Shown piece by piece: positions 8,830 to 19,400 of a DNA stretch of 64,000 nucleotides. Location of the stretch: positions 7,850 to 71,849 of the forward strand of contig JAGWRA010000176.1 of NCBI GenBank assembly GCA_028876655.1. The letters are read 5' to 3'. The position numbers and the translations under genes were made by a program. Within the stretch, counting starts at the first letter, position 1. Each line of letters starts with the position of its first letter. The notes under the pieces are model-generated. The model made no database searches. It was not told where the DNA came from and worked only from the letters and a program-made list of their open reading frames with translations. Source of the DNA: Acidobacteriota bacterium. GTDB taxonomy: Bacteria; Acidobacteriota; Vicinamibacteria; Vicinamibacterales; CAVVIG01.

Positions 8830-9723
8830 ATGTCCACCCCGTCCTCCCCGCTGTCACCGTCTGCCTCGCCCCCCGCTCGGTCGCCCGCGGTCCTCAGCGG
8901 CCGCGTCCGCGATAGCGGGTTCTTCCAGTTGCCGGCGCGACCGGTCTTCGACGCCGCGCTCGTCGACGACGTCCTGTGCGGCCGGCTGGCCGGCTGCTTC
9001 TTCAAGGGGTTCGTCGACGAGGCGACCGCGGGGCGGATTGCGGCGAATTTCTGGTCGCACCCGGCGCTCGAGACGCGGAACGACAGCGTGCCCGCCTGGG
9101 TGCTCGGCACCTACCACTACGGGCGGACGCTCGACGACTACCTGGATCGGGCCGCGCACGCGCGGGCGGCGCTGGCCGGCGTGTTCACCGGCGCACGCCA
9201 CGTCTTCGACGAGGTGATGCAGGCGCTGGCCGCCCGCCTCGGCACGCGCGGGATCGCCCTGCGCGTCGCGCGCCACGGCGCGCGCGACGCCGCCCCCTTC
9301 GTCATGCGGTCCTGGCGCGGCTCGGGCGACTTCGCCCTCGACCCGCACGACGACGGGGCGCAGCTGCGGCAGCGGGCGCAGGCGGGATTCGAGATTCAGG
9401 GGATTGCCGACGAGGTGCCGGTCGTGGCGATGAACATCTGCCTCGAGAACGACGGCGACGGGCAGCTGCACTACTGGAACGTCGAGCCCGGCGAGGCCGA
9501 TCGGCGGGCGTTCGGCCTCGAAGAAACGGGCTACCCGTACCCGGTGCACGCGCTCGACGGCGTGTCGAAGCTGGTCGTGCCGGTCGAGCGGGGCGACGTG
9601 TACTTCTTCAACGGCCGGCTGATCCACGCCGTGCAGGCGCTCGGCGCCGGACACGGCTACCGGTCGACGATCTCCTGCCTGCTGGCCTTCCGCGATCCGC
9701 AGACGGTGATCTACTGGGCGTGA
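8830..9723 (+). CDS. Putative Fe(II)/2-oxoglutarate-dependent oxygenase (candidate tailoring enzyme)
   Basis: 297 aa. Motif pattern is 'ALDPHDD' (HxD), then about 100 aa later 'GRLIHAV' (distal His), then 12 aa later 'YRSTIS' (RxS). This order and spacing are typical of the 2OG-Fe(II) oxygenase facial triad plus the 2OG-binding Arg. The family call rests on motifs only. Confidence 0.5.
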   Translation: MSTPSSPLSPSASPPARSPAVLSGRVRDSGFFQLPARPVFDAALVDDVLCGRLAGCFFKGFVDEATAGRIAANFWSHPALETRNDSVPAWVLGTYHYGRTLDDYLDRAAHARAALAGVFTGARHVFDEVMQALAARLGTRGIALRVARHGARDAAPFVMRSWRGSGDFALDPHDDGAQLRQRAQAGFEIQGIADEVPVVAMNICLENDGDGQLHYWNVEPGEADRRAFGLEETGYPYPVHALDGVSKLVVPVERGDVYFFNGRLIHAVQALGAGHGYRSTISCLLAFRDPQTVIYWA

Positions 9724-9751
9724 CGGCCGCCGGCGGCCCGGCCGCCGCGTC

Positions 9752-12700
9752 TCATCCCGCCGTCTTCTCGCGCAACAGCCGCTCCACGTCCCCGGCTGAC
9801 ATCCCGTCCAGCTGCTGGCGCAGCTCGGCGATCGCCGCCAGCCGGCCCGGCACCGGATCGGCGCGCTCGAGCGCCGCCGCGAAGTGCTCGATCGTGGGCG
9901 ACTCGAAGAGCTGGCGCAGCGGCAGCTCGACGCGGAAGGCCTCGAACACGCGCCACATCACCTGCGTGGCGAGCAGCGAGTGGCCGCCGAGCGCGAAGAA
10001 GTCGTCGGTCGCGCCCACCCGCTCGGCCTGCAGCACGTCGCGCCAGATCCCCGCCAGCACCGCCTCCACCGCCGTCCGCGGCTCCACGAAGCGGCGCGCG
10101 TCGCCCGGCCGGTCGGCCGCGCGCGTCCGCAGGGCGGACCGATCGATCTTGTTGTGCGCCGTCAGCGGGAAGGCCTCGACGATCAGGATGGCCGACGGCA
10201 CCATGTAGTCGGGCAGCTTCGCGCGCAACGCCGCCAGGCAGGCCTCTTCGGTGAGCGCCACTCCGTCACGCGGCTGGACGAACGCCACGAGCCGCTTGTC
10301 TCCCGGCCGATCCGCCAGCACGAGGACGACGGCTTCCTTCACGCCGGGGACGGCCCCCAGCACGTTCTCGATTTCCCCGAGCTCGATCCGGAACCCGCGC
10401 AGCTTCACCTGGCTGTCGCGGCGGCCGAGGAACTCCATCGTCCCGTCGGCGAGGTGCCGCGCGAGGTCGCCGGTGCGGTACAGGCGGCCGCCGGGCCGGC
10501 CGAAGGGATCGGGGACGAAGCTCGCCGCCGTGAGCGCCGGCAGGTTCAGGTAGCCCCGCGCGTTCCCGTCGCCGCCGATGTAGAGATCGCCGGGAACGCC
10601 GATCGGCACCGGATTCATCCGATCGTCGAGGATGCAGGTCGTGGTGTTCGCGATCGGGGTGCCGATGGTCACCGAATGGCCGACCTGGTCGGGCCGCGTC
10701 AGGATGCCGCACGCCGCAAAGGTCGTCGTCTCGGTCGGACCGTAGCCGTTGATCAGGGTGACGCCGGGATTGGCCGCGAGCAGCTTCCGGGCGTGCGGCA
10801 CCGAGATCGCGTCGCCGCCGACCAGCAGGTGGCGGACGCCGGCGAACACCTCCACGCGCTCGTCGACCATCAGGCTGAAGAGCGCCGAGGTGAGGTAGAG
10901 CGAGGTCACGCCCTGCGTCCGGATCGTCTCGCCCAGATCGTGCAGCGACGGGATCTCGGGCGGCATGATGACCAGCTGCGCCCCGTTGGCGAGCGCGCCC
11001 CAGATCTCGAAGGTCGAGGCGTCGAACGACACCGGCGCGATCTCCAGGATCACCAGCGACGGTTCGAAGCGCATGTAGTTGGTGTCGCGCACGAGCCGGA
11101 CGACGCCCCGGTGGGGGATGCAGATGCCCTTGGGCAGGCCGGTGGAGCCCGACGTGTAGGTCGTGTAAATCAGGTTGTCGGGATGCGCGAGATTGGGCAG
11201 GTCGGCGGCCGGTTCGGCCGCCAGTTCGTCCTCCCGCTGCTCCGGGACGTACACGTCGCGGCCGAACCGGGCCAGCTCCGCGGCGCGCCCCGCAGGGGCG
11301 AGCAGCAGCCGCGCCTGGACCTGCTCGAACAGGTACCCGAGCCGATCGGGCGGGTCGCCCGGATCGAACGGCACGTAGAAGCCGCCGGCCTTCAGGATGG
11401 CGACGAGGCCGACGATCATGCCGATCGATCGTTCGGCGCAGATCGCCACGGCGACCTCCGGGCCGACGCCCCTGGCGCGCAGCCGGCGCGCCAGGCGGTT
11501 CGCGCGCGCGTTCAACTCGCCGTACGTCAGGCGCGCCGTCCCGGCGCGGAGCGCCACGGCGTCGGGCCGGCGTGCGGCTTCGGCCTCGAACAGCTCGTGG
11601 ACGCACCGGTCGCGCGGGTAGTCGGTGACCGTGTCGTTCAACTCGACGGTCACCCGGCGCCGCTCGGCGTCGGTCATGACCGGCAGGTCGGCGACGCGCG
11701 CGCCGGGGTCGGCGGCGACGGCGTGCAGCAGCACGTCGAGGTGCTCGATCGTGCGGCGGATCGTCTCGCGCTCGAAGAGGTCGGTGTTGTACTCGATGCT
11801 GCCGACCAGCCCCTCGCGCGCATCCTCCATCGTCAGCGTCAGGTCGAAGCGCGAGGTCGCCGACGGCACGTCGATCTGCTCGATCGTGAGGTCGCCGAGC
11901 CGCAGCGTGTCGCGGTGCGCCTGCAGCAGGGAGAAGGCCACCTGGAAGAGCGGGTTCTGGCTGAGCACCCGTTCGGGCTGCAGCTCCTCGACGAGCTTCT
12001 CGAACGGCACGTCCTGGCGCCCGTACGCCTCGCGCGCCACGGCGCGCACGCGGCCGACGAGCCCGGCGAACGTCGGGTTGCCCGACAGGTCGACGCGCAT
12101 GACGAGCGTGTTCGTGAAGAAGCCGATGAGGTCCTCGAGGTGGCGGTGGCCGCGATTGGCGATCGACGATCCGATCGCCAGGTCGGTCTGGCCCGTGCGG
12201 CGCGACAGCAGGACGGCGAACGCCGCCAGGAGCGTCATGAAGAGCGTGGCCCCCTCGCGGCGGCTCAGATCGTTCAGCGCGCGCGACAGGGCGACGGGCA
12301 GGACGAACGACTCGGAGGCGCCGGCATAGCTCTGCACGCCGGGCCGGGGATGGTCGGTCGGCAGCTGCAGCACCGGCACGCCCGCGAGGTACCCCTTCCA
12401 GAAGTCGAGCTGACCGCGGAGCAGGTCGCCCTGCAGCCAGCCCCGCTGCCACATGACGTAGTCCACGTACTGCACGGCGAGCGGCGGCAGCGGCGACGGC
12501 CGCCCCGCGCTGTACGCCTCGTAGAGCCGGGCCAGCTCGCGGATGATGACGCCGGACGACCAGCCGTCGGACACCAGGTGATGGATGACGACGGCCAGCA
12601 CGTGGCGATCCGGGGCGAGCGTGAGGAGCGTCGCGCGGAGGAGGGGCGGTGCCGTGAGGTCGAACGGCGTGAGGTTCTCCTCGCGGAGGCGCCGCGCGAC

Positions 12701-13204
12701 CGCGTCGTCCTGCGCGGCGGGCGGGAGTCCGGACAGCTCGATCCGCGCCAGCGTCAGGGCGGCCTCGGCCTGGATCCGCTGCGCCGGGCGGCCCTCGACG
12801 GACACGAAGCCGGTGCGCAGCGTCTCGTGCCGGCGCACGAGCTCGTTGAGGCTCCGCGCGAGCGCGTCGACCTGCAGCGCGCCCTGCAGGCGGACGGCCG
12901 CGACGATGTTGTACGCGGCGTTGCTGGCCGGGGCCAGCTGCGTGACGAACCACAACCGCTGCTGCCCGAACGACAGCGGCAGGTCGCCGGTCCGCGGCAC
13001 GGGGACGAGGTCGGCCTGCGGTTGGCCCCCCTGCTGGTCGCGCAGCAGGGCCAGCAGCGCGTCGCGATGCGCGCCGAGCCGATCGCGCAGCGCCGGCGTC
13101 AGCGCCTTTTCGGGCCCGCGCACGCGCAGGCGGCCCGCCTCCACGCGCAGGCTGAGACCCCGCGACGACAGCTCGTCGAGGAGCGCGATCAGCTCGTCCG
13201 GCAC
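9752..13204 (-). CDS. Non-ribosomal peptide synthetase, single module: docking-C-A-T (Val-like code)
   Basis: 1150 aa. C domain (LSFGQQRLWF, HHLVSDGWS). A domain ([63 protein letters not shown]). PCP ([14 protein letters not shown]). The Stachelhaus code extracted by eye is DAFYLGGTFK, nearest to the Val-type DAFWxGGTFK. Confidence 0.95.
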   Translation of the reverse strand: MPDELIALLDELSSRGLSLRVEAGRLRVRGPEKALTPALRDRLGAHRDALLALLRDQQGGQPQADLVPVPRTGDLPLSFGQQRLWFVTQLAPASNAAYNIVAAVRLQGALQVDALARSLNELVRRHETLRTGFVSVEGRPAQRIQAEAALTLARIELSGLPPAAQDDAVARRLREENLTPFDLTAPPLLRATLLTLAPDRHVLAVVIHHLVSDGWSSGVIIRELARLYEAYSAGRPSPLPPLAVQYVDYVMWQRGWLQGDLLRGQLDFWKGYLAGVPVLQLPTDHPRPGVQSYAGASESFVLPVALSRALNDLSRREGATLFMTLLAAFAVLLSRRTGQTDLAIGSSIANRGHRHLEDLIGFFTNTLVMRVDLSGNPTFAGLVGRVRAVAREAYGRQDVPFEKLVEELQPERVLSQNPLFQVAFSLLQAHRDTLRLGDLTIEQIDVPSATSRFDLTLTMEDAREGLVGSIEYNTDLFERETIRRTIEHLDVLLHAVAADPGARVADLPVMTDAERRRVTVELNDTVTDYPRDRCVHELFEAEAARRPDAVALRAGTARLTYGELNARANRLARRLRARGVGPEVAVAICAERSIGMIVGLVAILKAGGFYVPFDPGDPPDRLGYLFEQVQARLLLAPAGRAAELARFGRDVYVPEQREDELAAEPAADLPNLAHPDNLIYTTYTSGSTGLPKGICIPHRGVVRLVRDTNYMRFEPSLVILEIAPVSFDASTFEIWGALANGAQLVIMPPEIPSLHDLGETIRTQGVTSLYLTSALFSLMVDERVEVFAGVRHLLVGGDAISVPHARKLLAANPGVTLINGYGPTETTTFAACGILTRPDQVGHSVTIGTPIANTTTCILDDRMNPVPIGVPGDLYIGGDGNARGYLNLPALTAASFVPDPFGRPGGRLYRTGDLARHLADGTMEFLGRRDSQVKLRGFRIELGEIENVLGAVPGVKEAVVLVLADRPGDKRLVAFVQPRDGVALTEEACLAALRAKLPDYMVPSAILIVEAFPLTAHNKIDRSALRTRAADRPGDARRFVEPRTAVEAVLAGIWRDVLQAERVGATDDFFALGGHSLLATQVMWRVFEAFRVELPLRQLFESPTIEHFAAALERADPVPGRLAAIAELRQQLDGMSAGDVERLLREKTAG
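13031..13204 (-). other. TubC-like N-terminal (beta-hairpin) docking domain of the minus-strand NRPS
   Basis: The first ~55 aa are MPDELIALLDELSSRGLSLRVEAGRLRVRGPEKALTPALRDRLGAHRDALLALL. This matches the remembered TubC_N pattern: helix, 'G..L...gd.LR.raP.gaLtp.lr..l..hK.ellalL'. Confidence 0.55.
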
Positions 13205-13412
13205 CGTCGGCTCCCGGGGTGCACGGCTGGCGCCGCCGCCGGATTCCCGACAGGTGACGCGGGCGTAACCTGCACGAAAACCGGCATGAAACCCTGCAGA
13301 ATGCGCCTGTTTTGGAGTTGCGGAACCCGGGAAAACATCAGAAAATCATCAGTCTGTCGCATCGGGGGCCGCGGACCGCCGATCGTCCCCTGCCAGCCGC
13401 GAACGAAGCTTC
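13205..13412. promoter_or_regulatory. Divergent promoter region between the minus-strand NRPS and the FAAL-PKS operon
   Basis: 208-nt intergenic spacer between divergent megasynthase genes. It contains the only lower-GC stretch nearby (..GAAAACCGGCATGAAACC..TTTTGGAGTTGCGGAACCCGGGAAAACATCAGAAAATCATCAG..). No consensus -35/-10 or sigma-54 element could be assigned. Confidence 0.35.
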
Positions 13413-16400
13413 ATGCCGCCATCAGATCGCTCGCCATCAGCACTTGCACGCCGGTCGTGGTTTGCGCACGCCGCCGGCGGCGACGTCGATCAGGAGGCGG
13501 CGACGATCGTCGATATTCTACGCTGGCGTGCGGCGCATCAGGCTGAAAAGCTGTCGCACCTGTTCCTGGCCGACGGCGAGCGCGACGAGATCCGGATCAC
13601 CTACGCCGGGCTCGATCGACAGGCCCGCGCGATCGCGGCCGACCTGGTGGCGCGCTGCGCGCCCGGCGAGCGGGCGCTGCTGCTCTACCCGCCCGGCCTG
13701 GAGTTCATCGCGGCCTTCTTCGGCTGCCTGTACGCCGGCATCGTCGCGGTGCCCGCCTATCCGCCGCGCAACCGCAGCCACATGCCGCGCATCAGCGCCA
13801 TCCGGGCCGACTCGGGCGCCCGCTTCGCGCTGACGACGGAGAAGACCCTCGCCGGCATCCAGGCGAATCTCGACGCCTATCCGGATCTGGCCGGCCTGCA
13901 GTGGCTGGCGACCGACGAGGTCGACGCGGCCGGGGCGGAGGGCTGGCGTCCCGCGGCGTTGGCGGCCGACGCGCTCGCGTTCCTGCAGTACACCTCGGGA
14001 TCGACCGGCATCCCGAAGGGCGTGATGGTGAGTCACGCCAACATCCTGTACGACTCGCTCTACATCCAGCGCTCGTTCTCGCTGCATCCCGGCAGCGTGT
14101 CGACGTCGTGGCTCCCCAGCTTCCACGACATGGGGCTGATCGACGGCGTCATCCAGCCGCTCTACACCGGCTTCCCCGGCATCCTGCTGTCGCCGGTCAG
14201 CTTCATCCAGAAGCCGGTCCGCTGGCTCGAGGCCGTCTCGCGCTACCGCGGCACGCACTGCGGCAGCCCGAACTTCGGCTACGACCTCTGCACGGAGAAG
14301 ATCACGCCCGAGCAGAAGGCGACGCTCGACCTGCGCTGCTGGGAGAGCGCGTACAACGGCGCCGAACCGGTGCGCAAGGACACGCTGCTGCGCTTCACCG
14401 AGGCGTTCCGCGACACCGGCTTCTCGCTGCGCGCCTTCTATCCGTGCTACGGCATGGCCGAGACGACGCTGATGGTCTCGGGCGGACACGTCACCACCGA
14501 CCCGGTGTTCTGCCGCGTCGACAAGGCGGCGCTCGAGCAGGGGATCGTGCAGGAGTCGAGCGATCCGGCTCCCGATCGCGCCGTCGACCTCGTCGGCTCC
14601 GGCCGCATGATCCTCGGCACGGACGTGCGCATCGTCGACGCCGGAACCGGGCAGCAGTGCCCCGCCGGACGGGTCGGCGAGGTCTGGGTCTCGGCGCCCA
14701 GCGTCTGCATGGGCTACTGGCAGCGCGCCGGGGAGACCGCGGCGACCTTCGAGGCGCGCACGGCCGACACGGGCGAGGGGCCGTTCCTGCGCACGGGCGA
14801 TCTGGGCTTCCTCCGCGACGGCGAGCTGTTCATCACCGGGCGGATCAAGGACCTGATCATCCTGCACGGCCGGAACCTGTATCCGCAGGACATCGAAGCG
14901 ACGGCCGAGCGGGCCCATCCGGCGCTGCGCGCCGGCGGCAACGCGGCGTTCTCGATCGACGAGGACGGCGCGGAGCGGCTCGTGCTGGTGCAGGAGCTCG
15001 AGCGGACGGCGCTCCGCAACCCCGACGTCGAGGCGATTGGCGGCGCCATCGCCCGGGCCGTGGCCGACGAGCACGAGGCGCCGATCCACGAAATCGTCCT
15101 GATCAAGACGAGCACGATCGCCAAGACGTCGAGCGGCAAGATCCAGCGCCGCGCCTGCCGCGCGCGACACCTGAGCGGCGAGCTGGAGGTCGTCGGACGC
15201 TGGCAGGACGAGGCGGTCGCCTCGCAGCCCGCGGCCGATCGCGAGCGCCTGGCGCCGCCGGAGCCCCTGGCGCCGGCCGCCGCGGCCATCGCCGCCTGGC
15301 TCGCGTCGCGGATTGCCGCCGTCACGAAGCGGCCGGTCGAGGGGATCGACGCCGCCGCACCCTTCTCCTCGTTCGGCCTCGACTCGGTCACCCTCGTGGG
15401 GCTGTCGGGCGATCTGTCGGCGTTCGTCGGCCGCGACCTGCCGCCGACGCTCCTCTACGACTTCCCGTCGATCGCGCAACTGAGCCGGACGCTCGCCGGC
15501 GCGGCCGCCACGGCAGCCCCGGGCCCCGCGCGCGGGCCGGCCACGGGACGCGGGCCGATCGCCATCGTCGGCATCGGCTGCCGGCTGCCCGGCGGCGCGC
15601 ATGGCCCCGAGGCGTTCTGGCGGCTGCTGCGCGACGGCGTCGATGCCATTGGCGAGGTGCCGGCCGATCGCTGGGACGCCGCGGCGGTCGAAGCCGCCTC
15701 GGGCGCCGGCGACGCCTGGCGCGTGCGGCTCGGCGGCTTCCTCGACGAGGTGGACCGGTTCGACGCGGAGTTCTTCGGCATCGCGCCGCGCGAGGCCGCC
15801 GGGATGGACCCGCAGCAGCGGCTGCTGCTCGAAACGGCGTGGGAAGCGCTCGAAGATGCCGGGCTGCCGCCCAGCCGCCTGAGCGGGACGCCGACCGGCG
15901 TATTCGTCGGCATCAGCACGCACGACTATCTCGCGCGCCAGCTGCACGGCGGGGACCCGGGCCGTCTCGACGCGTACAGCGGCACCGGCAACGCGTTCAG
16001 CGCGGCGGCCGGCCGGCTGTCCTACGTGCTCGGACTGCAGGGGCCGAGCCTGGCGATCGACACGGCCTGCTCTTCCTCGCTCGTCGCCGTCCACCTGGCG
16101 TGCCGCAGCCTGCAGTCGGGCGAATGCGACCTGGCGCTGGCGGGCGGCGTGAACCTGGTGCTGTCGCCCGAGATGAACGTCGCGTTCTCCCGCGCCGGCA
16201 TGCTCGCCCCCGACGGGCGCTGCAAGACGTTCGATGCCGGCGCCGACGGCTACGTCCGCGCAGAGGGCTGCGGCGTCGTCGTCCTCCGACCGCTGGCCGA
16301 CGCGGTGGCGGCCGGCGATCCGATTCTCGCCGTCGTCGCGGGGACCGCCGTCAACCAGGACGGACGGAGCAACGGCCTGACCGCCCCGAACGGCCCCGCA

Positions 16401-19400
16401 CAGGAGGCGGTGATCCGCCGGGCGATCGACGAGGCCGGCGTCCCTCCCTCGTCGATCGGCTACGTCGAGACGCACGGCACGGGGACACCGCTCGGCGATC
16501 CGATCGAAGTGCGCGCACTCGGCGCCGTGCTGTGCGACGGGCGGACGACGCCGCTCCCCATCGGGTCGGTAAAGACGAACCTGGGCCATCTCGAGGCGGC
16601 GGCCGGGGTCGCGAGCCTGATCAAGGCGGTGCTCGCGCTGCGGCACGCGGCGATCCCGCCGAACCTGCACTTCCGGGCCCCGAACCCGTACATCCCCTGG
16701 GACACGCTCCCCGTGACCGTGCCGACGGCGCTGCTGCCGTGGCCGCGCGGCGGCGACCAGCCGCGGCGCGCGGGCGTCAGCTCGTTCGGCTTCACGGGGA
16801 CCAACGCGCACGTAATCATCGAGGAAGCGCCTGCCGCGCCCGCCGCCACCGTCGTGGAGCGCCCCGTGCAGGTGCTGGCGCTGTCGGCGCGCGACGAGGA
16901 GAGCCTCGCGGCCCTGTCGGACCGCCATGCCGCCTTCCTCCTCGAGGCCGACCGCATGCCGCTCGCGGACGTCTGCTACACGGCGTCGGCCGGCCGCGAT
17001 GCGTTCGCCTGCCGCCGGGCCGTCGTCGGCGCCACGCGCGAGGAACTGGTGGAGGCGCTGGCCCGCCCGGCCACCACCGCGCGCGGCCCGGCCCGCGCGC
17101 CACGCATCGCCTTCCTGTTCACCGGGCAGGGGTCGCAGTACGCGGGCATGGGGCGGCGGCTCTACGAGACCGAGCCGGTGTTCCGCGCGGTCATCGATCG
17201 GTGCGACGACCTGTTGCGCGCCTCCCGGCAGGAATCGCTGCTGGCGGTGCTGTACCCGGCAGAGGGCGAGGCCGGACCGATCGACGAGACGGCCTGGACG
17301 CAGCCCGCGCTCTTCGCCTTCGAGTGCGCGCTGGCCGGACTGTTCCGATCGTGGGGGATCACGCCGGCCGTGGTCATGGGGCACAGCGTCGGCGAGTTCG
17401 CCGCGGCCTGCGTGGCCGGCGTCTTCAGCCTGGAGGACGGCCTGCGCCTGGTCGCCGAGCGCGGACGCCTGATGCAGGCGCTGCCGGCCGGCGGCGGCAT
17501 GCTGGCGGTGTCGGCTGGCGAAGCGGCCGTGCGGCAGGTGCTGGACGGGCGGCGGGATGTCGCGCTGGCCGCCATCAACGCGCCCGACGAGACCGTCCTC
17601 TCCGGATCGGCGGACGCGCTCGACGCGCTGGCCGAGGCGTTCGCGCACCAGGGAGTCCGGACGCAGCGGCTCGTGGTTTCGCACGCCTTCCACTCGCCGC
17701 TCATGGCGCCGATGGTCGACGCGTTCTCGCAGACCCTCGCCGGCACGACGTTCGCGCGGCCGGCGACCGCGCTCGTCTCGAACCTGACGGGACGGCTGGT
17801 CGGCGCGGAGATCGCGTCCCCTGAGTACTGGCGCCGGCACGTGCTCGAGCCGGTGCGTTTCGCCGAGGGGATCGAGACGCTCGAGGCGGAGGGCTGTACC
17901 CACGTCGTCGAGATCGGCCCCAGGCCGACGCTGAGCGCGCTCGGCCTGCGGAGCTGGCGCGGCCCTGCCGCGACCTGGATGCCCGCCGTCCGCCCGCGCG
18001 TCGACGACGCCAGGCAGGCGCTGCAGGTGCTGGCAACGCTCTGGGAAGCGGGGGCGGCGGTCGACTGGACCGGGTTCGCGCGCGGCTTCGGGTACCGGCG
18101 GACGGCCGGCCTGCCGACCTATCCGTTCCGGCGCGAGCGCCACTGGATCGACGAGTCGCCCGCGGCGTCGCCCCACGGGGCGCTGGCGGGCGGCCTCCGT
18201 CATCCCCTGCTCGGCCGATCGCTGCCGGACGTCGCGGCCCTGCCGGGTGCGCGGCTGTGGCAGCGGGACGCCGGCGATCCGCCGCCCGGCGCCTGGGCGG
18301 CGTACCGCGTCGACGGCACGAGCGCGCTGCCGGCCGCCGCGTACGTGGAGCTGGCGATGGCGGCGGGGCATGAGCTGCTCGGCGAGGAGGCCGGCGGCCT
18401 CGCGCAGTTCGAGATCCTGGGCGCGCAGCACGTGACGGCTGGCGGGACCGCCCTGCAGACGATCGCGCGGCCGCTCGGTCCCGACGAGGCTCTCTGCGAG
18501 ATCTACGCGCAGCCCGCGGATGGCGCGGCGTGGCGGCTGACGGCCAGCGCGCGCCTGACGCGCCGGGCGGCGCCGGCCGCCGTCTCTTCCCCCGTCCCGC
18601 CGGCACGGCGGCCGATCGACCTCGGCATCATGTTCTTCAACGGCAGCGAGGATCTCGATCGCCGCCGGCAGTACCGCCTCGTCATCGAGGCGGCCCGGTT
18701 CGCCGACCGCCACGGCTTCTCGAGCGTGTGGGTCCCCGAGCGGCACTACACGGCGTTCGGCGGGCTCTATCCGAATCCGTCGGTGCTGCAGGCGGCGCTC
18801 GCGCGCGAGACGCGCCGGCTGCGGCTGATGGCCGGCAGCCTGGTGCTGCCGCTGCACCATCCGCTGCGGGCCGCCGAGGACTGGGCGCTCGTCGACAACC
18901 TGTCGGGCGGCCGGGTCGGCCTGTCGATCGCGTCGGGCTGGAACCCGGATGACTTCGCGATGGCGCCCGAGCGGTACGCCGATCGTCACGAGACCGTGTT
19001 CCGCGGCCTCGACCTGCTGCGCCAGCTGTGGCGCGGCGAGCTGGTGGACGCGCAGAGCGGGTCCGGGCGTTCGATCCGGATCCGCACCTACCCCACGCCG
19101 ATCCAGCCCGAGCTGCCGGTCTGGGTGACGGCCGCCGGCAATCCGCGGACGTTCGCGCGGGCCGGCGAGGCGGGCGCCCACCTGCTGACGCACCTGCTCG
19201 ACCAGGACGTCGAGGCGCTCGCCGGCAAGATCGCCGTCTACCGCGACGCGCGGGCGCGGGCGGGCCACGATCCGGCGGCCGGCCGCGTGACGGTGATGCT
19301 GCACACGTTCCTCGGCGAGGACGTCGAGACGGTGCGCGAGCAGGTGCGGCAGCCGTACTGCGAGTACATCAAGGCCAACATCGGGCTGTTGAAGGGGCTG

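Noticed and set aside
13205-13412. Sigma-54 (-24 GG / -12 GC) promoter at 'TTGGAGTTGCGG' in the divergent intergenic region.
   Set aside because: The GG-to-GC spacing is about 5 nt rather than the required ~10-11 nt, so it does not fit the TGGCAC-N5-TTGC consensus.
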